A stretch of 64,000 nucleotides of DNA. Source: Hemiscyllium ocellatum (taxonomy: Eukaryota). The notes beneath the pieces were generated by a model that ran no database searches, had not been told where the DNA came from, and worked only from the letters and a program-made list of their open reading frames with translations. The stretch is from the NCBI RefSeq assembly GCF_020745735.1, contig NC_083445.1:29538370-29602369 (forward strand), in the 5' to 3' direction. The position numbers were made by a program, and so were the translations under genes. Each line of letters opens with the position of its first letter. Position 1 is the stretch's first letter. Of this stretch, positions 61,615-64,000 are shown one piece after another.

Positions 61615-64000
61615 TCATAAAGTCAGGGAGCCGGACAGCGCAGAGACACGCCTTTTGGCCCAAACTGGTTCAGGCCAATCAAAATGTCCATCCACGCTAA
61701 CCCCATTTCCCTGCACGTGGCCTATATCCTTCTAATTCTTTCCTATGCATGTACTTGTCGAAATGCCCTTTAAATGTTGTTAATGTAACCCCTCAACCAC
61801 TTCCACTGGCAGCTCATTCCATATGCACTCCACACTCTGTGTAAAATAGTAACCCCTCAGACTCCCTTAAATTCTTTCCTTCTAACCTTAAACTGAGACC
61901 GTCTAGTCCACGATTCCCTAACCATGGGAAAAAGACCGAATGCATTCAATCTATCCAGACGTCTAACCTTCTTGGATATTTCAATAAGAACCAATCCACC
62001 TCAGTCTCCTACACGCATCCCATAACTTCCCAACTTTTATAATGAATGCCCTGACTGATGAAGACCAATGTCCAAAAAGTGTTCTTTATTGACTTATCTG
62101 CCTGTGAGTCCACTTTCAGGGAACTATGCTCCTGAATTCCAAGGTCTGTCTTTTCCACTATACTCTTCAAAGCCCTACCATTCACCATGAAACCCTTGCC
62201 TTGATTCGACTTTCCAAAATGCAAGACCTCTAAATTATCAGCATTAGACACCATTTGTCATTTCTCAGCCCACTTTCCCAGCTGATCAAGATCCTGCTGC
62301 AATTTCTGAAAACCATCCTCACTGTCTATGATACTGCCTATTTTAATGTCATCTGCCGACTTAGAAATCATGCCTTGTACATTCTCAACCAAATCGTGGA
62401 TATAGATAACAAACAGTAATGGACCCAGCACCGAACCCTGAGGCATTCCACAAGTCCCAGTCCTCCAGTCCAACAAGCATCCTTCCATTATTCCCCTCTG
62501 ATTCCTACCATTAAAACAATTTTCTGCGTAATTTGCCAGGTCCCCCTTCCAGAACATCCTAACATATAGAACCTTATTAAAGGCCTTACTGAAATCTGCA
62601 CAGCCTACGTCTACTGTCCTGCTCTTGTCACTTAAGAAAGGAACTCAGTACAAATTTGTGAGGCATGAACTCCTAAGTGCAAAGCCATACACGTCCTACC
62701 CGCTGCGTGAAAAAAGTTGCCTCTTAGGACTCTTTTATATATTTCCCCTCTCATCCTAAACCTATGCCCTCTAGTTCTACACTCCCCGACACCAGGGAAA
62801 GGATTTGTCTATTTATCCTATCCATGCCCCTCATAATTTTGTACACCTCGATAAGGTCACCCCTCAGCCTCCAATGCTCCAGGGAAAACAGCCCCAGCCT
62901 TTTCAGCCTCTCTTTGCAGCTCAGATCCTACAACCCTGGCAACATCCTTGTAAATCTTTTCTGAACCCTTTCAAGTTTCATATCTTTCCAATAAGAAGGA
63001 GACCAGAATTGCACGCAATATTCCAACAGTGGCCTAACCAATGTCACGTACAGCCGCAACATGACCTCCCAACTCCTGTACTCAATATTCTGACCAATAA
63101 AGGAAAGCATACCAAACGCCTTCTTCACTATCCTATCTAGCTGTGACTCCACTTTCAAGGAGTTATGAACCTGCACTCCAAGGTCTCTTTGGTCAGCAAC
63201 ACTCCCTAGAACCTTATATTTGAATGTATAAGTCCTGCTAAGATTGGTTTTCCCAAAATGCAGCACCTCGCATTTATCTGAATTAAACTCCATCTACCAC
63301 TTCTCAGCCATTGGCCCATCTGGTCCAGATCCTGTTGTAATCAGAGGTAACCCTCTTCGCTGCCCACTATACCTCCAATTTTGGTCTCATCTGCAAACTT
63401 ACTAATTGTACTTCTTATGCTCACATCCAAATCATTTATCTAAATGACAAAATGTACAGGGCCCAGCACCGATCCTTGTGGCACTCCACTATTCTCTCTC
63501 TTGATACCCTAATATACTTAAAGTATCACTTTGGATTCACCCTAATCATCTCAGCCAAAGCTATCCCATGCCTCCTTTTCACCCTCCAGATTTCCATCTT
63601 CAATAAACCAACATAATTCCCCTCTACACCTCTCGGGATTCCCTAGATCCCAGCTGCCTATATCTGAGCCATGGCTCCTTTTTTTCTGGTCAAAGTCCCA
63701 ATATCTCTTGTCATCCAGAGTTCACTATTCCTGCCAACCTTGCCCTTCCCCCTCACAGGAGCACATAGATCTTCAACTCTAGCTATCTCACTTTTAAAGG
63801 CTTCCCACTTGCCAGAGGCCCCTTTGTCTGCAAACAAACTATTCCAATCAACCCCCGTAAACTCCTGTCTAATTCGGTCAACATTCACCTTGCTCTAATT
63901 TAGGACATGAACCTGTGAACCAGTTTTGCCCCTCTCCATGACTACTTTTATATCTATAAAACGTGGTCACTCGTCCAATAGTACTCCCCCACTGTCCCCT
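61615..64000 (-). mobile_element. Two or more abutting CR1 fragments
   Basis: ORFs 62258-62557 and 62928-63293 carry CR1 RT motifs. Confidence 0.8.

Noticed and set aside
28760-64000. Additional unrearranged V, D or J segments or RSS
   Set aside because: By eye, CACAGTG heptamers (for example in SINE heads) had no nonamer at 12 or 22/23 bp. An RSS scan would be needed to be certain, and contiguity beyond the N gap is unverified.

Overview
Cartilaginous-fish (shark) genomic DNA, inferred from HE1 SINEs, HER1/CR1 LINEs and a shark-type IgM sequence; the species cannot be determined from sequence alone. The main feature is one complete IgM heavy-chain cluster on the minus strand, about 31.6 kb from ATG to membrane stop. 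Its exons are leader (46649-46694), an already-joined in-frame V-D-J exon with no RSS (46175-46534), Cmu1-Cmu4 plus secretory tailpiece (28759 down to 25773), and TM1/TM2 (15330-15055). It resembles the germline-joined IgM1gj class described in nurse shark. Unlike the reported three-domain IgM1gj chain, it keeps an open Cmu2 exon. That exon has odd splice signals: the expected donor position lacks GT, so the exon extends 12 codons into a Cys- and sequon-bearing linker, and direct Cmu1-to-Cmu3 skipping would create TGA. TM1 has Gly at the usually invariant Trp. A GPR139-like GPCR pseudogene lies at 828-2610. The rest is nested repeats: Gmr1-type Ty3/gypsy elements (integrase before RT), solo LTRs, CR1 LINEs (one with a twin-priming-type 5' inversion and TSD), HE1 SINEs, and a 16-bp minisatellite. 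There is also a family of Penelope-like elements carrying minimal hammerhead-ribozyme motifs, including a 184-bp near-perfect hairpin with a long TSD. There is a 148-N gap at 48004-48151. Ig exon, TSD and ribozyme coordinates were read base by base; most other repeat boundaries are approximate, and all family assignments are by eye without database search.
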